Position numbers and translations under genes: made by a program
From: Candidatus Limnocylindrales bacterium
Lineage (GTDB): Bacteria; Chloroflexota; Limnocylindria; Limnocylindrales; CSP1-4
Assembly (NCBI GenBank): GCA_038214375.1
Contig: JBBQRX010000012.1
Span: 6,871-70,870, forward strand
DNA: 64,000 nucleotides
Direction: 5' to 3'
The notes under the pieces: generated by a model
Told to the model about the DNA's origin: nothing
The model's input: only the letters and a program-made list of their open reading frames with translations
The model's database searches: none
Part shown: one piece after another, positions 27,342-36,759 of the stretch
Layout of the letters: every line of letters begins with the position of its first letter
Numbering within the stretch: the first letter of the stretch is position 1

Positions 27342-27752
27342 TCAGCCCTTCGCGCGCATCCGGTTGTTCTTCGCGTCGTGGGTGACCTCGGCGAGGCCGA
27401 GCGCCTCGAGCAGCGGTGGCATGTAGACGCCGAACCGGCCGCGCAGCCCCTTTTTGAGTCCGTACCAGCCGCCGCGCGGATTCGACTCCGAGCGACCCCA
27501 CGCCTCGACCGACCCGTCCGGTGCCGGCTTCTGCTCGTCGGCGCCGCCGAGCGGCATCCAGTCGCCGTGCGCCACGAGCATCGCGTGAAGGTCGTCGATC
27601 GCCCGGCCGTCGTACAGCAGCTTCGTCCCGCCGACCTGGCACACGATCACGGGCGGATCGGCCGCGTCGTCGCGGTACATCGTGTACGCCGATGTCCCCG
27701 GCGGGGTCTGCAGGACCCACGGGTCGTCCTTCGTGCCGGTGCCCGTGGCCAT
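27342..27752 (-). CDS. conserved hypothetical protein (GTKDDPW...TPPGTS.YTMYRD type)
   Basis: Track ORF 27342-27884. Start at ATG 27752 (MATGTGTKDDPWVLQTPPGTSAYTMYRDD...). I recall this N-terminal signature from a DUF family but cannot verify the accession. Confidence 0.6.
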   Translation of the reverse strand: MATGTGTKDDPWVLQTPPGTSAYTMYRDDAADPPVIVCQVGGTKLLYDGRAIDDLHAMLVAHGDWMPLGGADEQKPAPDGSVEAWGRSESNPRGGWYGLKKGLRGRFGVYMPPLLEALGLAEVTHDAKNNRMRAKG

Positions 27753-27964
27753 GCTCGTCCCTCCCCGTGCGTTTCGGCAACCGGGCGGCTGCCGCGCAGA
27801 GTCTGTCATGCACGAACGATCGGAGCCACGGCAGGCGGGAACGACTGCCCTCGGGACGGACGCGACCAGCCAATTGCCCCTCATTCCTGATTCGGGGGCG
27901 CACCGGTCGTCACTGCGGCTCCGCGTCAGCGGCGACGCCTGCGCCCGGCCCCTATCCTGATCGG

Positions 27965-28378
27965 GTGGACGATGTCCAGGCGCCGACCCCTGGCGATTCG
28001 CGCGCGAGCCGTCGGCGCCCTGCCGCCGCCTGGCTCCCGGTCATCGCGTGGGCCGGCCTGATCTTCGCGTTCTCCGCGCAGCCCAACCTGCGGTTCGTGC
28101 CCGACGCGGGCCTCGACTTCCTGGTCCGCAAGGCCGGGCACATGACGGTCTTCGGGATCCTGGCCCTGCTCGTGTGGTACGCCCTGGCAACGACCACCGC
28201 CTGGCGCCGGCCGTGGGCCTGGGCACTCGCGTTCGCGATCGTCTACGCGATCAGCGACGAGCTCCACCAGGGCTTCGTGGCCGGCCGGCACCCCTCGCAG
28301 GTGGATGTCGGCATCGACGGGACGGGGGCCCTCATCGCGGTCGCCATCGTTGGGGTCATCCGGGCGCGGAGGAACTGA
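27965..28378 (+). CDS. VanZ-family membrane protein
   Basis: Tail of track ORF 27521-28378. GTG at 27965, 6 nt after a TATCCT box (27953-27958). Sequence ...GLIFAFSAQP...RKAGHMTVFGILALL...YAISDELHQGFVAGR.... Confidence 0.75.
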   Translation: MDDVQAPTPGDSRASRRRPAAAWLPVIAWAGLIFAFSAQPNLRFVPDAGLDFLVRKAGHMTVFGILALLVWYALATTTAWRRPWAWALAFAIVYAISDELHQGFVAGRHPSQVDVGIDGTGALIAVAIVGVIRARRN

Positions 28379-28494
28379 GGGGCGGGTCGTTCGCTCGAGA
28401 AAGGCGACGAAACCACTCCCTTGCCTCGGTCGTATCTCTGGGCGACGATCAGACGTCCCTGACGTGGTCCTCGGCCAGCTCCTTAGAGGCAGCC

Positions 28495-28704
28495 ATGCGC
28501 TTCGCTCGTCTCGCCGTCGCAGGAGTCCTGTTCGTGGTCGGCCTGGTCTGGATCGGCCAGGGCACTGGCAGGATCGCCGGAAGTGCCATGAGTGGAGTCA
28601 GCTTCTGGGCGGCCGCCGGGGTGCTGCTGATCGGTCTCGCCATCGTGATCGTCGCCTGGGAGCGGCGAGTCGTCGCAAAGGGACGGCATACGCGCTCGAG
28701 CTGA
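28495..28704 (+). CDS. 69-aa two-TM small membrane protein
   Basis: ATG 28495 within track ORF 28048-28704. Sequence MRFARLAVAGVLFVVGLVWIGQGTG...FWAAAGVLLIGLAIVIVAWERR.... Confidence 0.5.
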   Translation: MRFARLAVAGVLFVVGLVWIGQGTGRIAGSAMSGVSFWAAAGVLLIGLAIVIVAWERRVVAKGRHTRSS

Positions 28705-28909
28705 CCGAACCTCCCCGGGGAATCGGCACGGGCGGCGCTGCGCGGCCGGCCCGGGCGCCGGCGGGCGCGACAAACGCCGGCGCGGTTCAGCCGCCATGAC
28801 CCCGGCCGGCGGGTCGAGCCATCGACGGTGGTAGGGTGGCCGCCATCAACCGGGCGGCCGTCGCCCGGATCAGGAACCAGGCCCCACGAGATCCTGGACG
28901 CACACGGTC

Positions 28910-29788
28910 ATGACGTCCCCACCGTTCCGCGTCGAAACCGTCCCCGTTCGCCGCTCCGGCCGCGGGCCGATCATCGTCGGGGCGCTCGCGGTGACGCTCG
29001 TCGCCATCTCCATCGTCAAACCGTGGGCCGGCCCTGCCCCACCAGCCGAAGCTGCCTTCGCGCTCCAGTCGCCCGGGACGGTTGCTATCAGCGCCGCCGA
29101 CAGCTCGGCCGACAGCTCGCCTCACCAGGGCTCGGCCGTTCCGGGCGTCGTGCCCGACACGCCCGGCGCGCCCGATGGGCCTGCCGTCGCGCCCGCCCCG
29201 CTCGCGGCCGGCCAGGTGGAGTGCGGGTCAGCCGACTGGCGGATCGTGACGCTCGGCGATTTCGGCCGCTGGACGGTGCGGTCGTGGATCGCGGTCACAC
29301 CCGTGGAGGCGGCCGGGCCCGACGACCCCGCGATCCCCGGCCTCTGGCTGGGCGAGTCTGACGTCGCCGGCATGGGCGCGTGCGCGCCGTCGGTGTCGCC
29401 CACCGCGCCGGGTCGCGCAAGCCGCATCGTCGAAGCCTGGTGGCGACCGCTCGACGGCGCGACCGCGACGGCAACGGGAGCGGCGACGACAGGAGCGGCG
29501 ACGACAGGAGCGCCGACGACAGGAGCGACGACCGCGACCGGAGCGGCGGCAACGGCGACCCGCGCGAGCTTCGAACGCGTGACGCTCGCCCAGCTCGACC
29601 CCCTGCCCTCGGGCGGTCCGGTGGCGGTTCGGCGGCTGACGCCGACGAGCGTGACGGAACTCTACCGGCCAGTCCCTGCCTCGGCCGGCGGCCGCTGGCC
29701 GGCGGGTCGGTACGTCCTGCTCCTCGCATCGCCCGACCGCGGCCCTGACCGCTGGATCGGAATCGAGATCGGCGCCGCGGGGACGTAG
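28910..29788 (+). CDS. hypothetical single-pass membrane protein with an internal (GAATT)n repeat
   Basis: It has a TM helix GPIIVGALAVTLVAISIV and a 3 x 15-bp tandem repeat at 29477-29521 encoding GAATTGAATTGAPTT. No family recognised. Confidence 0.55.
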   Translation: MTSPPFRVETVPVRRSGRGPIIVGALAVTLVAISIVKPWAGPAPPAEAAFALQSPGTVAISAADSSADSSPHQGSAVPGVVPDTPGAPDGPAVAPAPLAAGQVECGSADWRIVTLGDFGRWTVRSWIAVTPVEAAGPDDPAIPGLWLGESDVAGMGACAPSVSPTAPGRASRIVEAWWRPLDGATATATGAATTGAATTGAPTTGATTATGAAATATRASFERVTLAQLDPLPSGGPVAVRRLTPTSVTELYRPVPASAGGRWPAGRYVLLLASPDRGPDRWIGIEIGAAGT

Positions 29789-29809
29789 CGCGGGAGACGG
29801 GGGCGCTGC

Positions 29810-30085
29810 CTACCTCGTGTCCGCCGATTGGAGCAGCGAACGGCTTGCGGTCACGAAGGACCTGGCGTTGTCGAGGGTTTCTTCGGCCGTTTCCCGGGAA
29901 AGCGCCGCATTCGTCTCGTAGTCAGCTGCGGATCGCAGGGCGAAGGCCCCGAGAAGCATCGAGTGATATCGAGCGTCGACGCGCTCGGTCTTCGCGAAAT
30001 GCTCGCCGAACGCCGCGATCACGGCCGAATGCTTGGCACGCGAAACCTCGACGCTCTCCAGCGCCGCGGAGGCCGCATAGAACAT
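29810..30085 (-). CDS. HEPN-domain protein (partner of the adjacent nucleotidyltransferase); N-terminus unresolved
   Basis: The track ORF starts at ATG 30085 inside the conserved YYAMFYAA helix. HEPN-like sequence continues upstream in frame to about 30190 (RASVADLLAKADRRLSASARDLEAGDIERSLSASYY) with no ATG/GTG/TTG. Confidence 0.6.
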   Translation of the reverse strand: MFYAASAALESVEVSRAKHSAVIAAFGEHFAKTERVDARYHSMLLGAFALRSAADYETNAALSRETAEETLDNARSFVTASRSLLQSADTR

Positions 30086-30150
30086 CGCGTAGTAGGAGGC
30101 GCTGAGGGACCGTTCGATGTCCCCCGCTTCGAGATCGCGAGCGGACGCGC

Positions 30151-30531
30151 TCAGACGGCGGTCCGCCTTCGCCAGTAGATCCGCAACGCTCGCGCGGGGA
30201 GTGCCTCGCGCACGACGCTCGCCATGAACGGGTCGGAGCCCGACACAAACCGGGCCGCGTCAACAAAGACGGGCGCGATCGTCTTACCGCACTCCAGGGA
30301 CAACCGGGAAAGCAGGTCGCTGATTCGGCGCACTTCGGTCCCATAGTCGTCGATTTCTCGCAGGACGAGGAGGACGTCCACATCTGAGTCTGGAGTCGCC
30401 TGCCCGCGCGCATAGGAGCCGAACAGGCGAATCGCGACGAGGTCGTTGCCATACAGCTCGTCGAGCGCTGCACGCAACGTCCCCAGGAGACGCTGCACGT
30501 TCGCTGGTGTCAGGGCGCCCTGCCGTTCCAT
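30151..30531 (-). CDS. MNT-type nucleotidyltransferase (antitoxin-like)
   Basis: MERQGALTPANVQRLL...AIRLFGSYARGQATPDSDVDVLLVL... shows the GSxxRG...DxD nucleotidyltransferase motif. The track start at 30537 is GTG; the ATG is at 30531. Confidence 0.8.
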   Translation of the reverse strand: MERQGALTPANVQRLLGTLRAALDELYGNDLVAIRLFGSYARGQATPDSDVDVLLVLREIDDYGTEVRRISDLLSRLSLECGKTIAPVFVDAARFVSGSDPFMASVVREALPARALRIYWRRRTAV

Positions 30532-30795
30532 GAGCACAGCGTGCCCGTGATCCCCGTCTCAGTCAACCGCCAGGCAGGGAGCCCGCGTCGTCGGGGTCGG
30601 GATCGGAGACCGCCATCGTCAGGAGCGCGATCTCCCGGGTGGCATCTGGGCCCCAGCGCGCGGCGCGCCCCTCGCGCAGGATCAGCCCGGCGGTCGCCAG
30701 CCACACCTCGCCCAGTGTCGTGGCGCTGATCGTGCGGGTGGTCGGTGCTCTCCGCAGCCCGGCCATCGCGACGTTGGCCGACGCCCCGCCGTCCG

Positions 30796-32394
30796 TCACC
30801 CGGCCCGCCGGGAGTCCGCCAGGCAGCGTCGGATCGCGTCGAGCGAGCGGTCGACGTCGTCCGCCCGGGTCCACCAGTTGCTGACCGAGATCCGCATGAC
30901 CGCCCTGCCGTGCCAGGTCCCTCCGCCGAACCAGGCGGTGCCGTCGGCCTGGAGGCGGGCCACCACGTCGCGCGTTCGGTCGTCCGAATCATCGAAGCGC
31001 ACGAGCACCTGGTTGAGCACGACCTCGTTTAGGACGGCCGTGCCTGGTTCAGCCGTGCCGGGATCGGCCGTGCCGGGATCGGCCGTGCCCGGTTCAGCCG
31101 CCAGCCCGTCCGCGAAGCGACGCGCCAGCTCGCAGCAGCGCTCGACCAGCTCCACCACCCCCGACCGGCCGAGCGAGCGCAGCGCCGCGTAGACCGGGAA
31201 CCCGCGCGCGCGTCGCGACAGCTCCGGGACGAAGTCGCCGGGGTCGCGCTCGGCGCCGGTGTTGAACGGCAGGTACGACGCGTTCATCCCCATCGCCGCG
31301 CGGTGCGCCTCCGGGTCCCGCACGAACACGAGCCCGCAGTCGTACGGGACGTTGAGCCACTTGTGTGCATCGGTGGACCACGAGTCCGCGCCCTCGTACC
31401 CGGCGATCCGGTGGCGAAGCGAGGGCACGGCGGCCGCCCATAGCCCGAATGCCCCGTCGACGTGGATCCACGCGTCTGGCCGAAGCTCGCGCACGACGGC
31501 GATCGCGGCCGCGAGCGGGTCGAACGAGCCGCTGTTCACGTTCCCGGCCTGCAGGCACACGATCGTGGGGCCGTTCGTCCGGCCAAGAATCACGCGCAGC
31601 GCGTCGAGCCGGATCCGGCCCTCCTGGTCGGCAGCGACGCGGAGCGGTGCCTTCTCGCCGAAGCCCAGCAACCGGAGCCCGAGGAAGACCGTGACGTGCG
31701 CGTCCTCGCCGATCACGACCGAGACACGGGGCCCGCCGTGCAGGCCGTCGGCCTCCACGTCCCAGCCGACCCGCCGCAGCACGGCATCGCGCGCGGCTGC
31801 GAGCGCCGTGAAGTTCGCCATGGTGGCGCCGGTCGTGAATCCGACGGATGAGCCGCCGGGCAGGCCGAGCAGCTCAACGAGCCAGTGCGCGGCGATCGTC
31901 TCGACGGCCGCGGCCGCGGGCGACGAAACCGCCGATGGCGCGTTCTGGTCCCAGGCGCTGGTGAGCCAGTCTGCGGCCAGCGCCGCCGGGAGGCTGCCGC
32001 CGATCACGAACCCGAAGAAGCGCGGTCCGGGCATCGCCATCAGACCGGGCGGGACGTCGCGCGCGAGTGCCTCGATGGTCGCGTCGGCCGGCTCGCCGAG
32101 CGCCGGCATCGGGCCCCCGAGCGCCTCGCGGATCGCCGCCGCGGCCACGCGCGGCGCGACCGGACGCTCCGCCAACCCGGCGCGATGCTCGATCGCGAGC
32201 TCGGCCGTCCGGCGAAGCAGATCGGCCGTCCCGGCGTCCGGATCGAGCGGCCGGGCGAGGGCGACACCCGCGGGCCAGGCGTGCGCGTCCGCGTCGCCGT
32301 CCGGATCGCCCGGCTGCGTGTGGGCGTCGGCCCCCGGCCGGGCGTGCGAGTCCAACCGGGCAGAGTCGGCATCGCCGAATGTGTGGTCGTCCAT
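30796..32394 (-). CDS. PLP-dependent group II decarboxylase family protein
   Basis: Track ORF 30796-32454. Start at ATG 32394 after GAGAGGAAG. It has ...HVDGAFGLWAAAVP...WSTDAHKWLNVPYDCGLVFVRD (PLP lysine in DAHKW). The C-terminal part carries a 4 x 15-bp repeat (31037-31096). Confidence 0.85.
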   Translation of the reverse strand: MDDHTFGDADSARLDSHARPGADAHTQPGDPDGDADAHAWPAGVALARPLDPDAGTADLLRRTAELAIEHRAGLAERPVAPRVAAAAIREALGGPMPALGEPADATIEALARDVPPGLMAMPGPRFFGFVIGGSLPAALAADWLTSAWDQNAPSAVSSPAAAAVETIAAHWLVELLGLPGGSSVGFTTGATMANFTALAAARDAVLRRVGWDVEADGLHGGPRVSVVIGEDAHVTVFLGLRLLGFGEKAPLRVAADQEGRIRLDALRVILGRTNGPTIVCLQAGNVNSGSFDPLAAAIAVVRELRPDAWIHVDGAFGLWAAAVPSLRHRIAGYEGADSWSTDAHKWLNVPYDCGLVFVRDPEAHRAAMGMNASYLPFNTGAERDPGDFVPELSRRARGFPVYAALRSLGRSGVVELVERCCELARRFADGLAAEPGTADPGTADPGTAEPGTAVLNEVVLNQVLVRFDDSDDRTRDVVARLQADGTAWFGGGTWHGRAVMRISVSNWWTRADDVDRSLDAIRRCLADSRRAG

Positions 32395-32935
32395 CTTCCT
32401 CTCTGGCCGCCTCGCCGCCTTCGCGAGCATCAGCCCGCGTGTGGCGCCCATCATTGCGGCCGAACGCGGCTGCGTCCAGCCCCGGCGCAGCGACGCCCGC
32501 GAGGCGTCGTCCGGCCGACCGTGGCGGGCGCGCCGTCAGCCCGCGGTCGTGGCCGCCGAGCCGCCGGCAGGAGCGCGCCCGGCGCCGCCGAGCCGCCGGG
32601 GCGCCCGCATCCTCGCCAATGATGGCCGGGACATCACTATCCCTGATCCGACCCGCGCGGGAAGGTCCCGCAGACGCAGGACGCCGCGTTCAGGCCCTGG
32701 AATCCTCGTTTGTGCTGCGGCAATCACACATAGACGAGGAAATCGCCTCTCGCGGCGGGCTCCATCACCGACACGGCAGCGGCGGCGGCTCGTGGATCCG
32801 GGTTAGTGATGCATGGCACCGCATTGGCGAGGAAAACGCCGGGCACATTCGAGCGATGGACCGTCGGCCATACACGAGCGGCGCAGCCCGGTTCGAGCTG
32901 GAGCTCGAGCTCCGTCGCAACACCGCGGCGGGCGA

Positions 32936-33349
32936 TCAGCGCCGCGGCGGCCGCATCCCCTCGATGAATCTTCCGCTCGGCGCCACCGTGGCGTCCTGTG
33001 GGAAGAGCCCGAACCGGATCGCGTGGCTTGCCCAGTCGGGGTCTGCCGGCTCCCACGTCTGCTTCGAAGTACCCGCGGGGTCGACCTGGGAGATCGAGCC
33101 ATCCGCCTCCAGGACCAGCTTGCCGCCATCGGCAAGATCCAGCTCGCGGTGCTTGAACCTGCGGCCGTGGGCCGCCGGACCCGGCGATGGTTGCGCCGCG
33201 GGACCGGGCGAGGATTGCGCCGTGCCCGGCGACGGGTCGGGGGTCGGCACCGCAGCGGCGGAGTTCCGCGCCGCGTTCGCCGATTTGGCGCTGGTCGGCG
33301 ATTTGGCGCCGGTCGGCGAGGCTTTGGTCGACGTGGGGTCGGTGCTCAT
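32936..33349 (-). CDS. hypothetical protein with a low-complexity N-terminus
   Basis: Third codon positions are high in GC through most of the ORF. A 2 x 18-bp repeat (33281-33316) encodes AKSPTSAKSANA. No family recognised, and rare codons appear near the 3' end. Confidence 0.5.
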   Translation of the reverse strand: MSTDPTSTKASPTGAKSPTSAKSANAARNSAAAVPTPDPSPGTAQSSPGPAAQPSPGPAAHGRRFKHRELDLADGGKLVLEADGSISQVDPAGTSKQTWEPADPDWASHAIRFGLFPQDATVAPSGRFIEGMRPPRR

Positions 33350-33435
33350 GGGGTCGTCTCCTGCATAGCCCCAAGCATGCGCCCGCCCGGCCCGGAGCGC
33401 ATGCCAGCGGCAGCCGCCTGTCGAAGTGGCTGCGC

Positions 33436-33915
33436 CTAGCTTGCCTGCGCGGCCGCCGTCAGAAGGAGCACGATCGCCCCAAGCATGACCATCGCCGTTG
33501 CGCCGCGCGCGAGCCGCCCGAACGCGGCCGTCCGGGCCGCCTCGTCGACGGGCCCCGCGATCGCGGGCATGACGAGCACATCGAGATAGACACCGACGCC
33601 GACGAGCACGGTGACGACCATGTGCTTGATGACGATCAGGGTCGACCAGCCGCTGTCGAAGAACCGACCGAACCCGAGGAAGCGCTCATCGGTGAGCATC
33701 AGGTAGAGCCCTGTCACGAGGAAGACCACGATGGCGACGATGATCAGCGGCAGGGCGCGCCGCTCGATGGCGGGGACGATCCGGCCGATTGCGGGCCCGT
33801 TGACCACGCTCCGCAGGACCGGAACCACGATCAGCGCGAGGACCGTGTAGTAGCCCAGCAGCACGACAGTCGCGATCGAATGTAGCCAGACGGCCGCGGC
33901 CTGGACGACCTCCAC
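33436..33915 (-). CDS. four-TM membrane protein (CopD-like impression)
   Basis: GTG start at 33915. Four hydrophobic helices, e.g. WLHSIATVVLLGYYTVLALIVVPVL and ...LIVIKHMVVTVLVGVGVYL. Confidence 0.6.
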   Translation of the reverse strand: MEVVQAAAVWLHSIATVVLLGYYTVLALIVVPVLRSVVNGPAIGRIVPAIERRALPLIIVAIVVFLVTGLYLMLTDERFLGFGRFFDSGWSTLIVIKHMVVTVLVGVGVYLDVLVMPAIAGPVDEAARTAAFGRLARGATAMVMLGAIVLLLTAAAQAS

Positions 33916-34225
33916 GAGTTGCCCTCCACCGATCCGAGCGCGCGCCCGCCGGCGTGGCGCGTCCGCGAGCTCGACCCGACGGTGGCCGCGCGGCCGACCT
34001 GCCGCCAGTGCGGAACCGCCCGAACACGTGGGGCGTCCGACCCGGCCAGGGTCCGGCGGGTCGCTGATCCGCGAGTCGCTGATCCGGCGTCACACGAAGC
34101 GGGCGGCCTCCGGGCCGTGGCCGTTGCCGTGATGTGGCCGTGGCCGTGATGTCGCCGCGGCCGTGGCGAGGTCGGGAAACGTGGCGAGGTCGCGGTCGAG
34201 GCGAGGACGGGACCCGGACGCGGCG

Positions 34226-34651
34226 TCAGTAGGACGCGTACGGTGAGGGGCTCGGCACGGGAGCGGTGGTCGCGGCGGGCTTGTGCGTCGGGCGCGGCGT
34301 GGGCTTCGGGGTGACCATCGGGGCGGGTGCGATCGGCGGGTTTGCGCCAGTCTTCGCAGCCGGGCTCGGGGGCGCGGACGAGGTGCCCGAACCGGTTCCG
34401 TACCCGTAGCGGCCGGCGGCGTGACTCGGCGCCGGAGCCGACGACGCAGCAGGTGCGGCTGCGGGTCCCGCCCCGGAGGGGGCCGCCGCGAGCGACGCCG
34501 TGGGAGAGGCAGCGGGCGGGACGGAGGGCGACGCGACCGAGCGTGCCCTCGGTCCACCGGCAGCGCTCGTGCAGGCCGCCGCGCCGAGCGCGACCACGAA
34601 CGCGAGTGCCGCGAGTCGGCGGCCGTTGCGAGAGAAGGACGATCGGGGCAT
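34226..34651 (-). CDS. low-complexity Ala/Pro/Ser-rich putative lipoprotein
   Basis: Track ORF 34226-34723. ATG at 34651 (MPRSSFSRNGRRLAALAFVVALGAAACTS, with a lipobox-like LGAAAC). Confidence 0.5.
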   Translation of the reverse strand: MPRSSFSRNGRRLAALAFVVALGAAACTSAAGGPRARSVASPSVPPAASPTASLAAAPSGAGPAAAPAASSAPAPSHAAGRYGYGTGSGTSSAPPSPAAKTGANPPIAPAPMVTPKPTPRPTHKPAATTAPVPSPSPYASY

Positions 34652-34896
34652 TGGACCTGGCTCCGTGGACGACCGGGGGGGTGGCGGCTCCTCGCGGACT
34701 CGCGTCGCTGCGGCCCGTGCCACCTGCTACGCCGACAGGCGACGGCCGGTTTCACGGGCCGGTCGCCAGGGGTCGGGCGACCATCGGGCGCCAGCGCCGC
34801 GCGACCCGGTTCCTCGCGCTGGCTGTTCCCGATGTTCGGCGCGGGCCAATCACCCAGTCGAGCGCTGGCCGTTCTGGCCATACCCGTGTATACTCC

Positions 34897-34926
34897 GAGA
34901 GTTGCCGCAATGTAGTGGCAACTCTC
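34897..34926 (+). promoter_or_regulatory. perfect 10-bp stem-loop in the csp 5' leader
   Basis: GAGAGTTGCC, 10 nt, GGCAACTCTC. It lies downstream of a TATACT box (34889-34894) and about 70 nt upstream of the csp ATG. Confidence 0.5.
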
Positions 34927-34996
34927 GCGTGGTCGACCGTTCCTTCTCGAACAGACCGTGCGTCTGTCCTTGGTTCGGGAAGAGAAAAGGGTCACC

Positions 34997-35200
34997 ATGA
35001 CCGCAGGAACAGTCAAGAAGGTCGTCTCCGACCGCGGCTTCGGCTTCATCACAGCCGAAGACGGCAAGGAGTACTTCTTCCACCGCAACGAGCTCACCCC
35101 CCCGCTCGACTTCGACCGGCTTGCCGGCGGCGAGCGCGTCGAGTTCGAAGTGCAGGCGAGCCCGAAGGGGCCGCGCGCCGCTCAGGTGCGCAACGCCTGA
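34997..35200 (+). CDS. cspA: cold-shock protein (CspA family)
   Basis: MTAGTVKKVVSDRGFGFITAEDGKEYFFHRNEL... shows RNP1/RNP2-like motifs (GFGFI, FFH). Confidence 0.9.
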   Translation: MTAGTVKKVVSDRGFGFITAEDGKEYFFHRNELTPPLDFDRLAGGERVEFEVQASPKGPRAAQVRNA

Positions 35201-35239
35201 CCCCCGCTGAGACGTCGCATCACGCGACGACTTCGCACG

Positions 35240-35270
35240 AAGGCCCCGGTTCGCCGGGGCCTTTCGATTC
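35240..35270 (+). terminator. intrinsic terminator of csp
   Basis: AAGGCCCCGG-ttcg-CCGGGGCCTT followed by TCGATT; begins 40 nt after the stop codon. Confidence 0.7.
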
Positions 35271-35892
35271 CCCCCCCGCACGTCGATCGAGCCGGCGCAC
35301 GCGTCCCGCCAGGGCCATGTCCCGGCCGGCGGCCTGGTCCAGCGAGGGGCCGTGTCCAGCGAGGGGCCGTGTCCGGCCGGCGGCCGTGTCCGAGCTTCGG
35401 TGTCCCCGAGACGAGAGCCCGGGCGCGCAACCCGACCCTGCGCCTGGCAGAGTTTGCGCCAGGCGCACGATCCGACCGAGCGCCGATGGCGCAGACAGGT
35501 CTGAACGTCGGGACTCTTCATCCAATGCACGGAATCGACCGATTGCCGGTGTTTCCCTGCCGATTCGGCCTCACAACGCCCTCGGCGAAGCCCGGTGACG
35601 CCACGCCACGGTCGGAGCGTGCATCTGCCGCAAACCCAGGCTGCGTTCGTGCGCGAGGCAAAGATTCGACGACCTGCAGCGTTTTGGCTGCTCCAGGTGG
35701 CCTCTCCCGTACGGCGGCCGCACTTCGCGTCCGCGGCACCCCGTGCGCCGCTCAGGCGAGGCGGAGTGCGGCAGCAGGAGGATGTGAGATTCCGATAAAC
35801 GCGACCCCTGATGACGGGCAAGAAGCCGAGGTTCGCCGAGACGCTGATCTGGGAGCACTTGCCTTTCTACGTTGGTGACGTAGAGTACTGTC

Positions 35893-36759
35893 ATGGGATC
35901 GATCTTCTCATCGCACCGCGCACTCGCGGCACTCGCGGCGCTCGAACAGGCGCCCGACGGACTTCGCCTGACCGATCTTGCCAGGGCGATCGGGGCCCCG
36001 GTTTCGAGCGCGCAGGTTTCCATCGGTGCCCTCGAGGAAGACGGCTTCGTCGGGTCGACCAAGGATCGGCCGCCCCGCTACGTGGTCCGAGCTGACCAAT
36101 CCGGCGATGTCGCGAAGCTGATCGAGGTCGTGGCAACGCGTGACACCGGCGCGGACATCCTGGCCGCGGCCCTGCGGGCCAATCGCGCGGTCGAGTTCGC
36201 GTCGCGTGACGACGGAGGCGTCCTCGTCGTGCTCCGTTGGGACGCCGAGCCGTCCGATGAAGTTGCCCTGAACCGGATGTTCGCGAGGTTCGATCTCGAG
36301 GTGACGCGTCTTGGCCATGACGAGGTTCGCGAGCGAGTGCGCGACGACCCCAAAATCCGCGAACGCGCGCTGCGTGCTCGGATCATTCGAGGCTCCGCCG
36401 AGCAGTCGTTCCCCGACCCGTTCCGGCATGGTTCGGGAGACGCGCCCCTGCTTGGTCATCTCCATCCGACGCTGATGACCCCGTCGCGCCGCGCGCTGTC
36501 GCGCATCGCTCAGCGATTCGGGCTCGCCGAGATCCGCGTGTTCGGCTCGGCGGTCCACGCTGACTTTCGACCGGACTCCGACATCGACGTTGCCGTCCGG
36601 CGAGTGCCAGGCCGCCGACGGACGCTCGATGACGAGTTCTCGCTCCGCCGCGAACTCGAGGGGGTCTTCGGACGCGACGTGGACGTAGTGGATGAGCGCC
36701 TGCTACGGGAACCGATCTGGCGGAAGGCAACCCGAGAGGGCGTTGTGCTCTATGGATGA
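35893..36759 (+). CDS. fusion protein: N-terminal winged-HTH plus C-terminal MNT-type nucleotidyltransferase
   Basis: N-terminus ALAALEQAPDGLRLTDLARAIGAPVSSAQVSIGALEEDGFV. C-terminus ...EIRVFGSAVHADFRPDSDIDVAV...REPIWRKATREGVVLYG. The stop overlaps the next start (ATGGATGA). Confidence 0.75.
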   Translation: MGSIFSSHRALAALAALEQAPDGLRLTDLARAIGAPVSSAQVSIGALEEDGFVGSTKDRPPRYVVRADQSGDVAKLIEVVATRDTGADILAAALRANRAVEFASRDDGGVLVVLRWDAEPSDEVALNRMFARFDLEVTRLGHDEVRERVRDDPKIRERALRARIIRGSAEQSFPDPFRHGSGDAPLLGHLHPTLMTPSRRALSRIAQRFGLAEIRVFGSAVHADFRPDSDIDVAVRRVPGRRRTLDDEFSLRRELEGVFGRDVDVVDERLLREPIWRKATREGVVLYG

